In this document: piece after piece, positions 26,635 through 35,609 of the stretch
Layout: each line of letters begins with the position of its first letter
How positions within the stretch are numbered: position 1 is the first letter of the stretch
Assembly (NCBI GenBank): GCA_964544265.1
Contig: CAZJBD010000003.1
Span: 1-62,935, forward strand
DNA from: an uncultured Eubacteriales bacterium
GTDB lineage: Bacteria > Acidobacteriota > Aminicenantia > Aminicenantales > Saccharicenantaceae
Reading direction: 5' to 3'
Length of the DNA: 62,935 nucleotides
Notes under the pieces: model-generated
What the model saw: only the letters and a program-made list of their open reading frames with translations
Databases searched by the model: none
Told to the model about the DNA's origin: nothing
Made by a program: the position numbers and the translations under genes

Positions 26635-28267
26635 CGGGTGTCACGACCTCCTTGAATAGGCTGTCTTCCGTCTCATAGGTCTTCAAGAGCGCTTCTTCAT
26701 GTTCGAAAAGCTTTCGGCCGGGCTTGAGCCAGCCGGCCAGTTTCCATGCCCGGTCGAAATGCTCGACGGCCCTTTTCTGGGCATAGTCGCGAGCCGTTCC
26801 GGTTGAGATGAGAAACGGCCAGTCTGAACTCTCTAGGAGAAACTTTTCCCTGATGAATTGCCTCCAAACCCGAAGGTCCAGGTCATTCGAAGACTCGAGC
26901 ATCGAAGCTTTGTCTTCGATCCTGTAGATTTTCTCCCAGATCCAGGACGTGTCCTCGTTAAGCCAGATCCAGTGGAAGCCCCCCTGTCCCCAAGACCCTT
27001 CCGGAAGGGAGACTATGGTCCGCGGAGGACGGGCTTCGAGCGCGGCCGAGCCAGTCAAAGGGCGGACCTCGCGTCGGTCGAGGCCTTTCAGGACCAGGTA
27101 GAGCCACTCCGGTCCTTCGAACCACCAGTGGCCTAAGAGCTCTGTATCGTAGAGAGCGACTATGGTCCCATCCTCCCGTTCCTTCAGGATGTTCTCGAGG
27201 ACCGATATGAAATGAGCCGCGTGTCCCGCCAGCTGATCCCGCGTCTTTTTCGGATCGTAAGGGGCCTTGTCTCCCAGACCGGCGCCGCTCGCCGTGATCC
27301 GCCAGTAACGATTCCCCCCGGGGAAGTGCTTTTTATGAAATTCAAGATACCATTCGTCGCCCGGATAGCCCAGGTCCCGGCTCCAAACCTGGGAACCCGA
27401 GACCTCGTCCCTGACCAGGAACGGGGTATTTGAAGGGTAGGCATGGTAGGCCGAGTAGGGATCGCGGGCCGATTTCTCCGCCGGCTGATATTGGCCCCTG
27501 AACTTCTCCCAGAGGAGTTTAAGGCCAGGGAATCGGTCGGTGTAAACTCCTTTGGCTTCTCCTCCCTTTAACAGGTGGGTATCGACGAAGAAGTAACCGA
27601 TGCCCTCGGCTCCAAGAATCTCGTCCACACCCAGCCTGGGATAGGGCTCTTTATTCCCCAGCGGCGGTTTCCAGGCATATCCGGGACGGTAGGCGCATTC
27701 CGGGATCCAGAATCCTTTGGGATCACGGCCGAAGTGTCGCCGGTAGGTGTAGCGGCCCTGCCGGACCTGGTGGCGGATCGTTTCGTCCCGAGAAAGGAGC
27801 GGGAAGTAGCCATGGGTAGCGGCTGAAGTCAAGACCTCGATCTGGCCCTGGTCTTGCAGGTCGCCGAAGCCCTCGAGGATGTCCTCGTGAAAGGTCTCAT
27901 GAAAATCCATCGCCAGCTTTTCATACCATTTCTGCCAGAAGACCGTCAGGGGAATAAGGGCCTTTTCCCCCCGCTTTTCGAAATCAGCCCTGTCCTTGGC
28001 GGCGATCTCGATTTTCATGTCGAGATATTCGCCGAAACCCGCCTTGAACGATTTATCCTTGAGCTGGTCCGCCAGGACGGGCGTGAATCCGATGTTCGTC
28101 CGGGGGGGTACCCCCTCGTCCCGAAGACGGCGGAAGACATCGAGAAGGGGAAGATAGCTTTCCGCTGCCGCCTCATAAAGCCAATCCATCCCATGCGGCC
28201 AACTTCCATGGGCGAGGACGTAGGGGATGTGACTGTGAAGGACCAGCGTAAAAAATTTATCGGGCAT
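26618..28267 (-). CDS. GH57 1,4-alpha-glucan branching enzyme type
   Basis: LHSHIPYV, GFWIPECAY (nucleophile Glu region typical of GH57 branching enzymes), YDTELLGHWW (acid/base Asp region), about 550 aa. Confidence 0.8.
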   Translation of the reverse strand: MPDKFFTLVLHSHIPYVLAHGSWPHGMDWLYEAAAESYLPLLDVFRRLRDEGVPPRTNIGFTPVLADQLKDKSFKAGFGEYLDMKIEIAAKDRADFEKRGEKALIPLTVFWQKWYEKLAMDFHETFHEDILEGFGDLQDQGQIEVLTSAATHGYFPLLSRDETIRHQVRQGRYTYRRHFGRDPKGFWIPECAYRPGYAWKPPLGNKEPYPRLGVDEILGAEGIGYFFVDTHLLKGGEAKGVYTDRFPGLKLLWEKFRGQYQPAEKSARDPYSAYHAYPSNTPFLVRDEVSGSQVWSRDLGYPGDEWYLEFHKKHFPGGNRYWRITASGAGLGDKAPYDPKKTRDQLAGHAAHFISVLENILKEREDGTIVALYDTELLGHWWFEGPEWLYLVLKGLDRREVRPLTGSAALEARPPRTIVSLPEGSWGQGGFHWIWLNEDTSWIWEKIYRIEDKASMLESSNDLDLRVWRQFIREKFLLESSDWPFLISTGTARDYAQKRAVEHFDRAWKLAGWLKPGRKLFEHEEALLKTYETEDSLFKEVVTPDGRVI

Positions 28268-30209
28268 TCTTCTCCGCCAACGCGATGGCCGTTTGAAATC
28301 TCCCTTTTCCGGAGAGATGGACCCTCCAGACCGTAAGGATACAGAATCCTTGATGGATTATATCATACCCCTCCTCTGACTGAGAAAGCGTCCTGAGCGG
28401 GAAAGGCCAGAGTTCGTCGGCGTCCGGCGCGGCGAGGGCGAGAGTTCCATCTATAAGTCTCGCCTCGCGCTCTGAGACGACAAGATCTCCCTCAAAGGCG
28501 TAAAAATTCCATTCCGGGGCGAAAACGAGCGAGACGGGCTCCCCTTCCCTATTCTCCACTTCGTATTCGACGGTTATGACACCGGAAGCCGGAGTAATCC
28601 GTTTGCGGACGGTAATCAAGCGTTTATTATCCTCGACCCAAACGCCTCCATCTCTTTCCAGCCGGAGCGCCGAACCCTCGATGGAACAAGAATATTCCCG
28701 GTTGATAAAATTCCCTTGTTCGCCGAAATCGACGCGCCGGAAATCCTCCGGACGGGTTGCCGGGTGCAGGAAGTGGTCGAGCGAAGAATATCGCGGATGC
28801 CAGTCGTAGCGAAGAAGGTCTTCGGCCCCCTGAGGAAGTTTTTTCCGCAGCTCATGAATGCTCTTTCCCTCGCCGCTCCCTTCTTCCCCACCGGCGTGGT
28901 AAGCTTCAGGCCGACGAGAAACGACGTCCGAAAGATTTCGCGAAAGGGGCTTATAATCGATCTCGACGATTGCCCCTCCAAAGGAGGGTTTGACGATGAG
29001 GTTGAAGCGGGCGCCGAAGTGAAGGGCTTCCGGATGCCCGTCCTGATCGTAGTCCTCCATGCGCCAACCCGTCTCAATCGGCATCCTTTTTTCGGCTTCG
29101 ATAAGATGGTGATAAGCAGCTTCACGGAGATGCGGCAAGTAGAGCCCCCCGAAGACGCCGTGCCAGAATGGGTCGTTGCCCTGGGCTTTGTAGAGCTCGG
29201 TCAAAGCGGATTCGCTTTCGGAGGCGCGGACCTTTTTTGAGGTGAGAAGCATCCTTTTGTGAAGTTGGTTCGATTCCGGATATTTCAGGAAGAAGTCCCT
29301 GAAAAACCCGCCCCTGAGGAAACGTCGTGCCTCGGCGGGGCTCCCCTTTTTGAGCATCTTGAACGTCTTGAGGTCCGAAGGTTCCAGGACCCACTCCATC
29401 ATCTCTTCATAGGATGCGGGCGGCAAGTAGACTCTTCCGCCGGGAGGCTCCGCGGCGTATTCTGAGAAGGTCATGGTCTTGATTTCTTTCTCTTCGATGA
29501 ACCGGAGAAAATTCTCGAGCCAGCCCTTCTCATAGACCCATGACTTCGTGCCCGGCCAGAGTCCGAATTTTTCGCCGTCGTCTCCGAGGATGGCGATCCC
29601 GCCCTTCCCCCGGATGTCCTCCAAATAGGCTTCGATCTCGTCGAGCGGCCTGAATGGAATGAGGTAGCGGAGCTTCTTGTCGATAGGAAACACCCTCAGC
29701 GGAAACCCTTCATCCTCCGTAGCATAAGATGTGTGGATGTCCTTGACTCCCGCGTAATGGAAATGCTCCTCGTCGAGGAGCGTGTATTCGATCCCGGCCC
29801 GGGAAAGGGACTTCGGGAGGTGCGGTTCCCAGACTCTCTCGGCCAGCCAGGCGCCCTTCGGTGTGATGCCGAAGTTTCTCTCGATGTAGCGGCTCATCAT
29901 CCGGATCTGGCCGATCCTGTCCTCCTCGGGGATGATGCAGAGGATCGGTTCGTAAAAACCGCCGCCGAGGAGCTCGACTTGGCCCCGTCCGGCCAGCTTC
30001 ATAACCAGCGCCAGGCATGCCTTCCGGCGTTTCTCCATGTGCTCCCAGAGCGGACCCGAAAAATGGAGGGCGAACTTGAAGGCTGGATGTCGGGCCACCG
30101 TGTTCAAAAAAGGTTCGTAGCAGTCGTCGAAAGCCATATCGAAAACGTGGTCGAAGTTCCCCACGGGCTGGTGGCAGTGGACGGCAAAAAGGAGCCGGAG
30201 CGGGTTCAT
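28257..30209 (-). CDS. GH57 4-alpha-glucanotransferase/alpha-amylase type
   Basis: HCHQPVGNF, AWLAERVWEP, ILGDDGEKFG. A 650-aa architecture like the Thermococcus-type GH57 4-alpha-glucanotransferases. Confidence 0.75.
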   Translation of the reverse strand: MNPLRLLFAVHCHQPVGNFDHVFDMAFDDCYEPFLNTVARHPAFKFALHFSGPLWEHMEKRRKACLALVMKLAGRGQVELLGGGFYEPILCIIPEEDRIGQIRMMSRYIERNFGITPKGAWLAERVWEPHLPKSLSRAGIEYTLLDEEHFHYAGVKDIHTSYATEDEGFPLRVFPIDKKLRYLIPFRPLDEIEAYLEDIRGKGGIAILGDDGEKFGLWPGTKSWVYEKGWLENFLRFIEEKEIKTMTFSEYAAEPPGGRVYLPPASYEEMMEWVLEPSDLKTFKMLKKGSPAEARRFLRGGFFRDFFLKYPESNQLHKRMLLTSKKVRASESESALTELYKAQGNDPFWHGVFGGLYLPHLREAAYHHLIEAEKRMPIETGWRMEDYDQDGHPEALHFGARFNLIVKPSFGGAIVEIDYKPLSRNLSDVVSRRPEAYHAGGEEGSGEGKSIHELRKKLPQGAEDLLRYDWHPRYSSLDHFLHPATRPEDFRRVDFGEQGNFINREYSCSIEGSALRLERDGGVWVEDNKRLITVRKRITPASGVITVEYEVENREGEPVSLVFAPEWNFYAFEGDLVVSEREARLIDGTLALAAPDADELWPFPLRTLSQSEEGYDIIHQGFCILTVWRVHLSGKGRFQTAIALAEKNAR

Positions 30210-31531
30210 GTCCGCTCCTCGGCCCCGGTTTTTCTCAGGGCTTCCCGTAGATAGCCCTTGAAAAGGACGTCGAATTCTCCCTTATCAGGTTCGCCGTACC
30301 ACCAGAACCAGTCCGAACCTTCAGCGACATAGATTTCTTCATTCGGTCCGCTTTGGTCCCGAACTTCGGCGAGTTCATCCCAAGCCTTGTTCTTGGCCGG
30401 GTCGCCGATCCACTTCGAGAAATTGCCCAGCCATGTGCCTGGGACAAGAGTGAGTTCCCTGGTCGGTGGGTGGTTTTTCAGATATTCGCCGGGGAAAATG
30501 GGTGTTATCCCGTCGGCCTTGAGGAGGCGCGCGAAGAACTCCCTAAGGAAAGGGACACCGTTCTCCGGATAGCCTTCCCAGGGATTCTCTCCGTCCAGGA
30601 CGACGACACAAATGGAATCCTCGGGAGATGTTTTTCGCCTGTCCTCGAGCCGGAGGAGGAAATCCGTGACCGCTTCCGCGGCCGGAAGTTTCTTATATTC
30701 GAAGCTCAATAGGTCGGCGAGCTCCCTGTCTCTGAAGAATAAGGAAAGGTTTTCGGCCTTATACGGCCGATAAAGCTTCTGGCGGTCGTAAGGCTCTTTC
30801 AAGCTTTTCCAAAGGACGTTCTCGTCCGTGAACGCGAACCTGAAATCTGCCTCGGCAATGGCTGCCGCCACTTCCCGGCTGATTCCCCCTTCCGACGGCC
30901 AGAGCCCGTCGGGATCGAAGCCGAATATTTTTCGAAAATACTCCCGTCCCTTCCTGAGCTGGACCATCCCGTCCTCCGGATGCCGGAAACGCTTCGAGGG
31001 CAGCTTCTCATCCGTCGGGCAATGGCTGTCGAATACGAGAGGCAGGAGCGGATGATAGTAGGGCGATGTAAAGAGCTCGACGAGACTGCTTTTCCTGAGC
31101 CTCTTGAATAGAGGAACGAGGTCCTTATGGATTTCTTTTTGAAGCGCCAGGAGCCCCGCCTTATCTTTTTCGGGTTTTTGAAGGGGCGAGAACATCGCTT
31201 GGAGAGCTTCCGCTTGAGCTCGAGCGGGGTCGCTCCCGTCCGGGACGATCTTTCGGAGGAGTTGGACATCGGCTGGAGAAAGGGACCTGGGGTCCTTCTC
31301 CAGAGCCCTTTGGAAGGGGTCCTTTGCTGTGCCGGCTGCGTATTCCATGAGTTGTTCGAGGAGGCAGGGAACGAAGTTGAAGGCGCAGGGAAATCCCGTC
31401 TCTTGGACGAGCTTTCCTAATTGATAATAATTTTTCGTGGCGTGGAAGTTCACCCAAGGCAGGATGTATTCGCCGGTCGAAGCGTCCTTATAGATGGGCT
31501 GATGGAAGTGCCAGACGAGGGAAAGATACAC
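30206..31531 (-). CDS. GH57 family glycoside hydrolase, third paralogue (specificity unknown)
   Basis: WHFHQPIY, GLWPSEGGIS, VLDGENPWEGY. GTG start at 31531 with GGAGGG upstream. ATGA overlap with the downstream gene. Confidence 0.75.
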   Translation of the reverse strand: MYLSLVWHFHQPIYKDASTGEYILPWVNFHATKNYYQLGKLVQETGFPCAFNFVPCLLEQLMEYAAGTAKDPFQRALEKDPRSLSPADVQLLRKIVPDGSDPARAQAEALQAMFSPLQKPEKDKAGLLALQKEIHKDLVPLFKRLRKSSLVELFTSPYYHPLLPLVFDSHCPTDEKLPSKRFRHPEDGMVQLRKGREYFRKIFGFDPDGLWPSEGGISREVAAAIAEADFRFAFTDENVLWKSLKEPYDRQKLYRPYKAENLSLFFRDRELADLLSFEYKKLPAAEAVTDFLLRLEDRRKTSPEDSICVVVLDGENPWEGYPENGVPFLREFFARLLKADGITPIFPGEYLKNHPPTRELTLVPGTWLGNFSKWIGDPAKNKAWDELAEVRDQSGPNEEIYVAEGSDWFWWYGEPDKGEFDVLFKGYLREALRKTGAEERT

Positions 31532-31534
31532 GGT

Positions 31535-32953
31535 TCAGATTCCCTCCTGGGCGAGGATAAACGCATATATGGCCAATGCTATGGCATTCAATTCAAGCTC
31601 CCGGGGATGGACGCTGTCCAAGATATCTCGTCCGGAGTGATGGACGTCGAAGTAGCGTTGGGAATCCTGGCCGATGCCCAGGAGTGCCGTACCTTGGGCG
31701 GTTAGAGGAGCCACGTCCACCCCTCCCCCGCCTGGCCTCATTATCATGATGCCGAGCGGCTGGAAAACATATTCCCACTTCTTGAGCTTTTCGAAAACCT
31801 CCGGCTTCCCGCCCCCGACCGCGACCGGAAGGAAACCGCCGCTGTCCAACTCGATGGCCGCCAGGTGCCTTTCACCCTTTCGACGTTCGTCCGCGGCATA
31901 GAAGCGGCCGCCCGTTCCGCCGAATTCCTCGTCCATGAACATAACGGCCCTGATCGTTCGGCGAGGTTTGAGCCCGGCGGCCTTGATAAGCCTCAAGGCC
32001 TCGACTGCGTCCGCACAGCCCGCCCCGTCATCGTGGGCGCCCACGGCCAGGTCCCAACTGTCCAGGTGACCGCCGACGAGGATGATCTCGCCGGGGAGAT
32101 CCGATCCGCGGAGTTCACCGACGATATTAGCAGAAGGAACGGGGGCAAGGTTCCGACAACTCAACTCCAGATGAATGCGGACTTCCTGTTCTTTTTTTAG
32201 GAGCGAACTCAGAAACTCGGCGTCGGCTGTGCTGATGGCCGCGGCCGGCACCTTGGGCGCCTGCGGGTCGTAGGTAACGAGTCCAGCATGAGGGAATTTA
32301 TCGATCCGGAGGGTCACCGACCGAACGAGAACGGCAAGGGCTCCGAGTTTTGCCGCTTCCGAAGCCCCGCGAACCCTCTGTTCGGCGGGGGCGCCATAGG
32401 CCCGGAACGTCTGGACAGGGGTCCGGTCCATGGGGAGGTTGAAAAAGACGACCCGGTCCCGGACGTTCTCGCCGAGCGCCTTGAGTTCCTCGAAAGACCT
32501 GACCTCGACGACGGGGGCCGTGACGCCCAACTCTGGCGTGCCGACGCTCCCGCCGAGGGCGCAGATCGTGAGAGGAACGCTGCCGACAAGCGCGGAACCG
32601 ATGATCTGGGCTTTTTCCGTATCTCCCCGCAGCCAGCGATTGACAGTAATAGGTTCGGGGTGGACGTCATCGAAGCTAAGGTCCTGCATGATCTGCCGAA
32701 CGATCTCGATGCCTGCCGCAGCCCCCGCCGACCCAGTCAAGCGTGGGCCGACCGATACGATCTTTCGAAGGATCTCGTAAGCGCCTTCATCCTGGAGTCC
32801 CATCCCGGCCAGCTTTCCGACGGTGTCGAGATACGGCTTGTCCTGGAGCTTTTCCTGTGCCGTCGCAAGTGTATGGGCGGGCATGATCATGAAGGCTAAA
32901 ATTATGATGACAGATGAGATCAGAATTTCCCGTTTCGTATCCAGGTTGGCCAT
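31535..32953 (-). CDS. M28 family aminopeptidase, membrane-anchored or secreted
   Basis: GGHLDSW, HDDGAGC, MDEEFGGTG. ATG at M6 with AAGGAG upstream. The stop lies 3 nt before the GH57 GTG start. Confidence 0.8.
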   Translation of the reverse strand: MANLDTKREILISSVIIILAFMIMPAHTLATAQEKLQDKPYLDTVGKLAGMGLQDEGAYEILRKIVSVGPRLTGSAGAAAGIEIVRQIMQDLSFDDVHPEPITVNRWLRGDTEKAQIIGSALVGSVPLTICALGGSVGTPELGVTAPVVEVRSFEELKALGENVRDRVVFFNLPMDRTPVQTFRAYGAPAEQRVRGASEAAKLGALAVLVRSVTLRIDKFPHAGLVTYDPQAPKVPAAAISTADAEFLSSLLKKEQEVRIHLELSCRNLAPVPSANIVGELRGSDLPGEIILVGGHLDSWDLAVGAHDDGAGCADAVEALRLIKAAGLKPRRTIRAVMFMDEEFGGTGGRFYAADERRKGERHLAAIELDSGGFLPVAVGGGKPEVFEKLKKWEYVFQPLGIMIMRPGGGGVDVAPLTAQGTALLGIGQDSQRYFDVHHSGRDILDSVHPRELELNAIALAIYAFILAQEGI

Positions 32954-32999
32954 CTCTGCTCCTTGCATTATCCAGCAGCCGCAAGCGCTATTTATCCCT

Positions 33000-33042
33000 C
33001 AATCTTGGACTCCTGTCAAGAAAACGGAGTCGCCCAAGATTG
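33000..33042 (-). terminator. Imperfect 14-bp stem-loop downstream of the LigD-PE-like gene (possible terminator or processing site)
   Basis: CAATCTTGGACTCC (33000..33013) pairs with GGAGT-cgc-CCAAGATTG (33026..33042). No U-tract follows. Confidence 0.25.
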
Positions 33043-33097
33043 CCCATAAGCTGTAAGTCAGAAGCTAAAATCCTATTGACAGGTTTGAACAGTGCGT

Positions 33098-33562
33098 TTA
33101 TTTCGTTTTGAAGAAAAGCCAGTTGGCGTCCTTCTCTTTTCCCCGCGGCTTGAGTTTGATGAGGGCGTAGCGGCCCGAAAGCTTTTGTCCGTGAATATCG
33201 ACGATTCTCTTTTGGGCCGCTATTTCGACCGCCTCATACGTTCCCTTGTCCCAAATCTCAACCGTGCCCGCCCCGTACTCGCCTTCGGGGATAGTCCCCT
33301 CAAATTCGGCGTAGTCGAGGGGATGATCTTCGGTCTCGACTGCGAGCCTTTTCTCTCCTTCGTTCAAGGGAGGCGTTTTGGGGATCGCCCAGCTCTTCAG
33401 AACACCCTTCTCTTCGAGCCTCAGGTCAAAGTGAAGACGCGAGGCGTCATGCTTCTGAATGACATATATCAGGCCCTCATCCGATCCTTTCTTTCCGGTC
33501 GAAGGCTCGGGCGTCTTCGTGAAATCCCGCTTCTCCCTGTATTTCTTTAATCCCATCGTCAT
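33098..33562 (-). CDS. Stand-alone DNA ligase D 3'-phosphoesterase (PE) domain protein
   Basis: [40 protein letters not shown] and EDHPLDY are hallmark LigD-PE motifs. 154 aa. Confidence 0.8.
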   Translation of the reverse strand: MTMGLKKYREKRDFTKTPEPSTGKKGSDEGLIYVIQKHDASRLHFDLRLEEKGVLKSWAIPKTPPLNEGEKRLAVETEDHPLDYAEFEGTIPEGEYGAGTVEIWDKGTYEAVEIAAQKRIVDIHGQKLSGRYALIKLKPRGKEKDANWLFFKTK

Positions 33563-33576
33563 ACCCGTCCCTCGTC

Positions 33577-34656
33577 CTATCTGTGAAGAAAACAGCGCTC
33601 GCAGTCAACTTCTCCAGGCCTCCTGGTCACGATCATGGCCAAGCCGCGTGCGTCGGCCTTGTCGATGACCTCCTGGTCCTTGATGGAACCGAGGGGATAG
33701 ATGATGGCCGTGATCCCATGATCGGCGGCGAGCTCGACAACGTCGGGGAAAGGCATGAAAGCGTCCGAAGCCAGGACGCATCCTTCGGGGCCATAGCCGC
33801 GCCGCGAGAGACGGATGGCGTTTTCGGCCGAATCGATCCGGCTCCGCTGGCCGGACCCGATCCCGTGCGTTTTATCGGACTTGCCGATAATGACGGCATT
33901 CGACCTGGTGAAGCAGGCCACGGTCCAGTTGAACAGGGCCGCCCGGACTTCTTCTTCGGTGGGCTTTCGGGCGGAAACAGCATCGACGGTCTCCGGAGAG
34001 ATGATCTTCGAGCTAAACCGTCTCTGGACCAGAATCCCGCCGGCCACCCGCTTGAATTCGAGCCCGTTGTCTTCGGCCGGAACGCCTGGCGGGGAGCCCA
34101 TCCTGACGACCCTGAGGACCTTGCGGATCGCCAAGACCTCGAGCGCCCCGGACTCAATTTCCGGGGCATAGACGACCTCGATATTGCGCGGGCTTTCGGC
34201 AAGGAGGCGGGCCAGCGGCTCCGTGATTGCATAGTTGAACACGTCGACGCTGCCGAAGTTCGAAAGCGGATCGCATTTCCAAGCCTTCTCGAAGGTGTCC
34301 ACGGCTCCTTCCCCCATGGCGACACTGCTCGGCATCTCATGCTTGACGATGACGCAGGTCGGCCTGCCCAGGAAGACCTGATGGAGCTTGTTCAATAGCC
34401 TCTGTCCCAGGTCCATGTCGCCGACGTTGATATAACTCAGGCCCTTTGTTCCCTCCTGGAGAACTTTGAAATTGGCCATATTGGGGCCCGACGCCCCTTC
34501 CTCCCGGTAAAAAGCGGCCGGGGTGCCGGGATTTTCTCCATAGCGCATGGCGGTTTTTTTGCTGAAGCGGGTCGCCCCAAAGTCCAGAATGTCTGGGAAA
34601 TCCTCCTTGACCTTGGTCGAATACTGGGTCCTGGAAGTCTTTTCTTTATTATCCAT
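33577..34656 (-). CDS. purH: AICAR formyltransferase-only PurH (no MGS-like IMP cyclohydrolase domain)
   Basis: [48 protein letters not shown]. 359 aa covers only the AICARFT domain. Confidence 0.8.
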   Translation of the reverse strand: MDNKEKTSRTQYSTKVKEDFPDILDFGATRFSKKTAMRYGENPGTPAAFYREEGASGPNMANFKVLQEGTKGLSYINVGDMDLGQRLLNKLHQVFLGRPTCVIVKHEMPSSVAMGEGAVDTFEKAWKCDPLSNFGSVDVFNYAITEPLARLLAESPRNIEVVYAPEIESGALEVLAIRKVLRVVRMGSPPGVPAEDNGLEFKRVAGGILVQRRFSSKIISPETVDAVSARKPTEEEVRAALFNWTVACFTRSNAVIIGKSDKTHGIGSGQRSRIDSAENAIRLSRRGYGPEGCVLASDAFMPFPDVVELAADHGITAIIYPLGSIKDQEVIDKADARGLAMIVTRRPGEVDCERCFLHR

Positions 34657-34662
34657 GAGTCC

Positions 34663-35397
34663 TCAGGTCCTTTCGCAACGGTTGATGATGGAAACCTCAT
34701 ATTGGTTTCCGGCGATGTCGCCGGAGCAAAGGCAGGCCACGGCGACCCGGAAGTCTGGACAGGCGCCGGACGGTTTCAGGGATTCATAGACGGCCTCGGC
34801 TATCTGGGAGGATTCCGCTCCATCGATACTCACGTTAAGAGGCTTGCCGCTGAAAGACCGCAAGGGGTCCTTATTAACGCCGTCATAGGTCGAAATCATC
34901 TTTCCCCTTCCGGGGAGGGGCATGACTTTAAAAGAATTATGAACCGAGGCGCCGCGGGTTCCCCTCTTGATGATGTTCAACGCGGCCTTGGGGCCCGGCA
35001 GGACGCAGCCGCTGATCCGGGGCGTAAAGATGGGGGCGTCAGGTTCGTATTCCCAGGCCTTTAGCGAGGAGGAAAGGAGCGAGAGAGGATTCGAGGCCCT
35101 CCTCAACGCCCGCCCGATGTCGGTCGTTTGCTTGCCGTTCGATACCGCGACTCCGTCTGGGGAAAAAAACATGGCCGGATAAACAAGGAGGTCGATACGG
35201 CCCTTTTTTAGGGTCGCTTCGTCTGTAGGACGGACCCAGACTCCCTCCTCGCTCCATTCGAGCTTTCGTGCTTGGCTCGAAGGCGAGCGGCCGGTGATAG
35301 CATAGACGACGACGGCTTTTCCATCCCGGCTTTGTCCCAGGATGATGACCCTTCCGGGATACTCCATTGCGGCCAGGTTCTCGAGCGCTGGATTCAT
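34663..35397 (-). CDS. purO: Archaeal-type IMP cyclohydrolase (PurO-like)
   Basis: MEYPGRVIILGQSRDGKAVVVYAITGRS resembles the PurO N-terminus. ATG 35397 has AGGAAGG upstream. The alternative start at 35367 would begin exactly at MEYPGR. Confidence 0.7.
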   Translation of the reverse strand: MNPALENLAAMEYPGRVIILGQSRDGKAVVVYAITGRSPSSQARKLEWSEEGVWVRPTDEATLKKGRIDLLVYPAMFFSPDGVAVSNGKQTTDIGRALRRASNPLSLLSSSLKAWEYEPDAPIFTPRISGCVLPGPKAALNIIKRGTRGASVHNSFKVMPLPGRGKMISTYDGVNKDPLRSFSGKPLNVSIDGAESSQIAEAVYESLKPSGACPDFRVAVACLCSGDIAGNQYEVSIINRCERT

Positions 35398-35609
35398 CGA
35401 TCTGCCTTCCTGTTCAGGCCTTATTGATAGCATACGGCCGGGGCCAAGTCAAAAAACCGGCCGGGCCGCCGAAATTGCAAGTATGAGGCGGGTCGGAATT
35501 CCGGGACATGAACCAATCCTCTGGAATTGGTATCGTGTCCCTGGAATTCTGGAGGACCTTGAGAGGGTCGTCCGTTTATGCTAATATTAAAATTTAAAAA
35601 AGAGGTTTC

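Noticed and set aside
33583-34398. 271-aa plus-strand ORF and 235-aa alternative-frame minus ORF (33633..34340)
   Set aside because: They overlap the AICARFT gene, whose frame carries the GENP, GSGQ and DAF family motifs. The alternatives have none.
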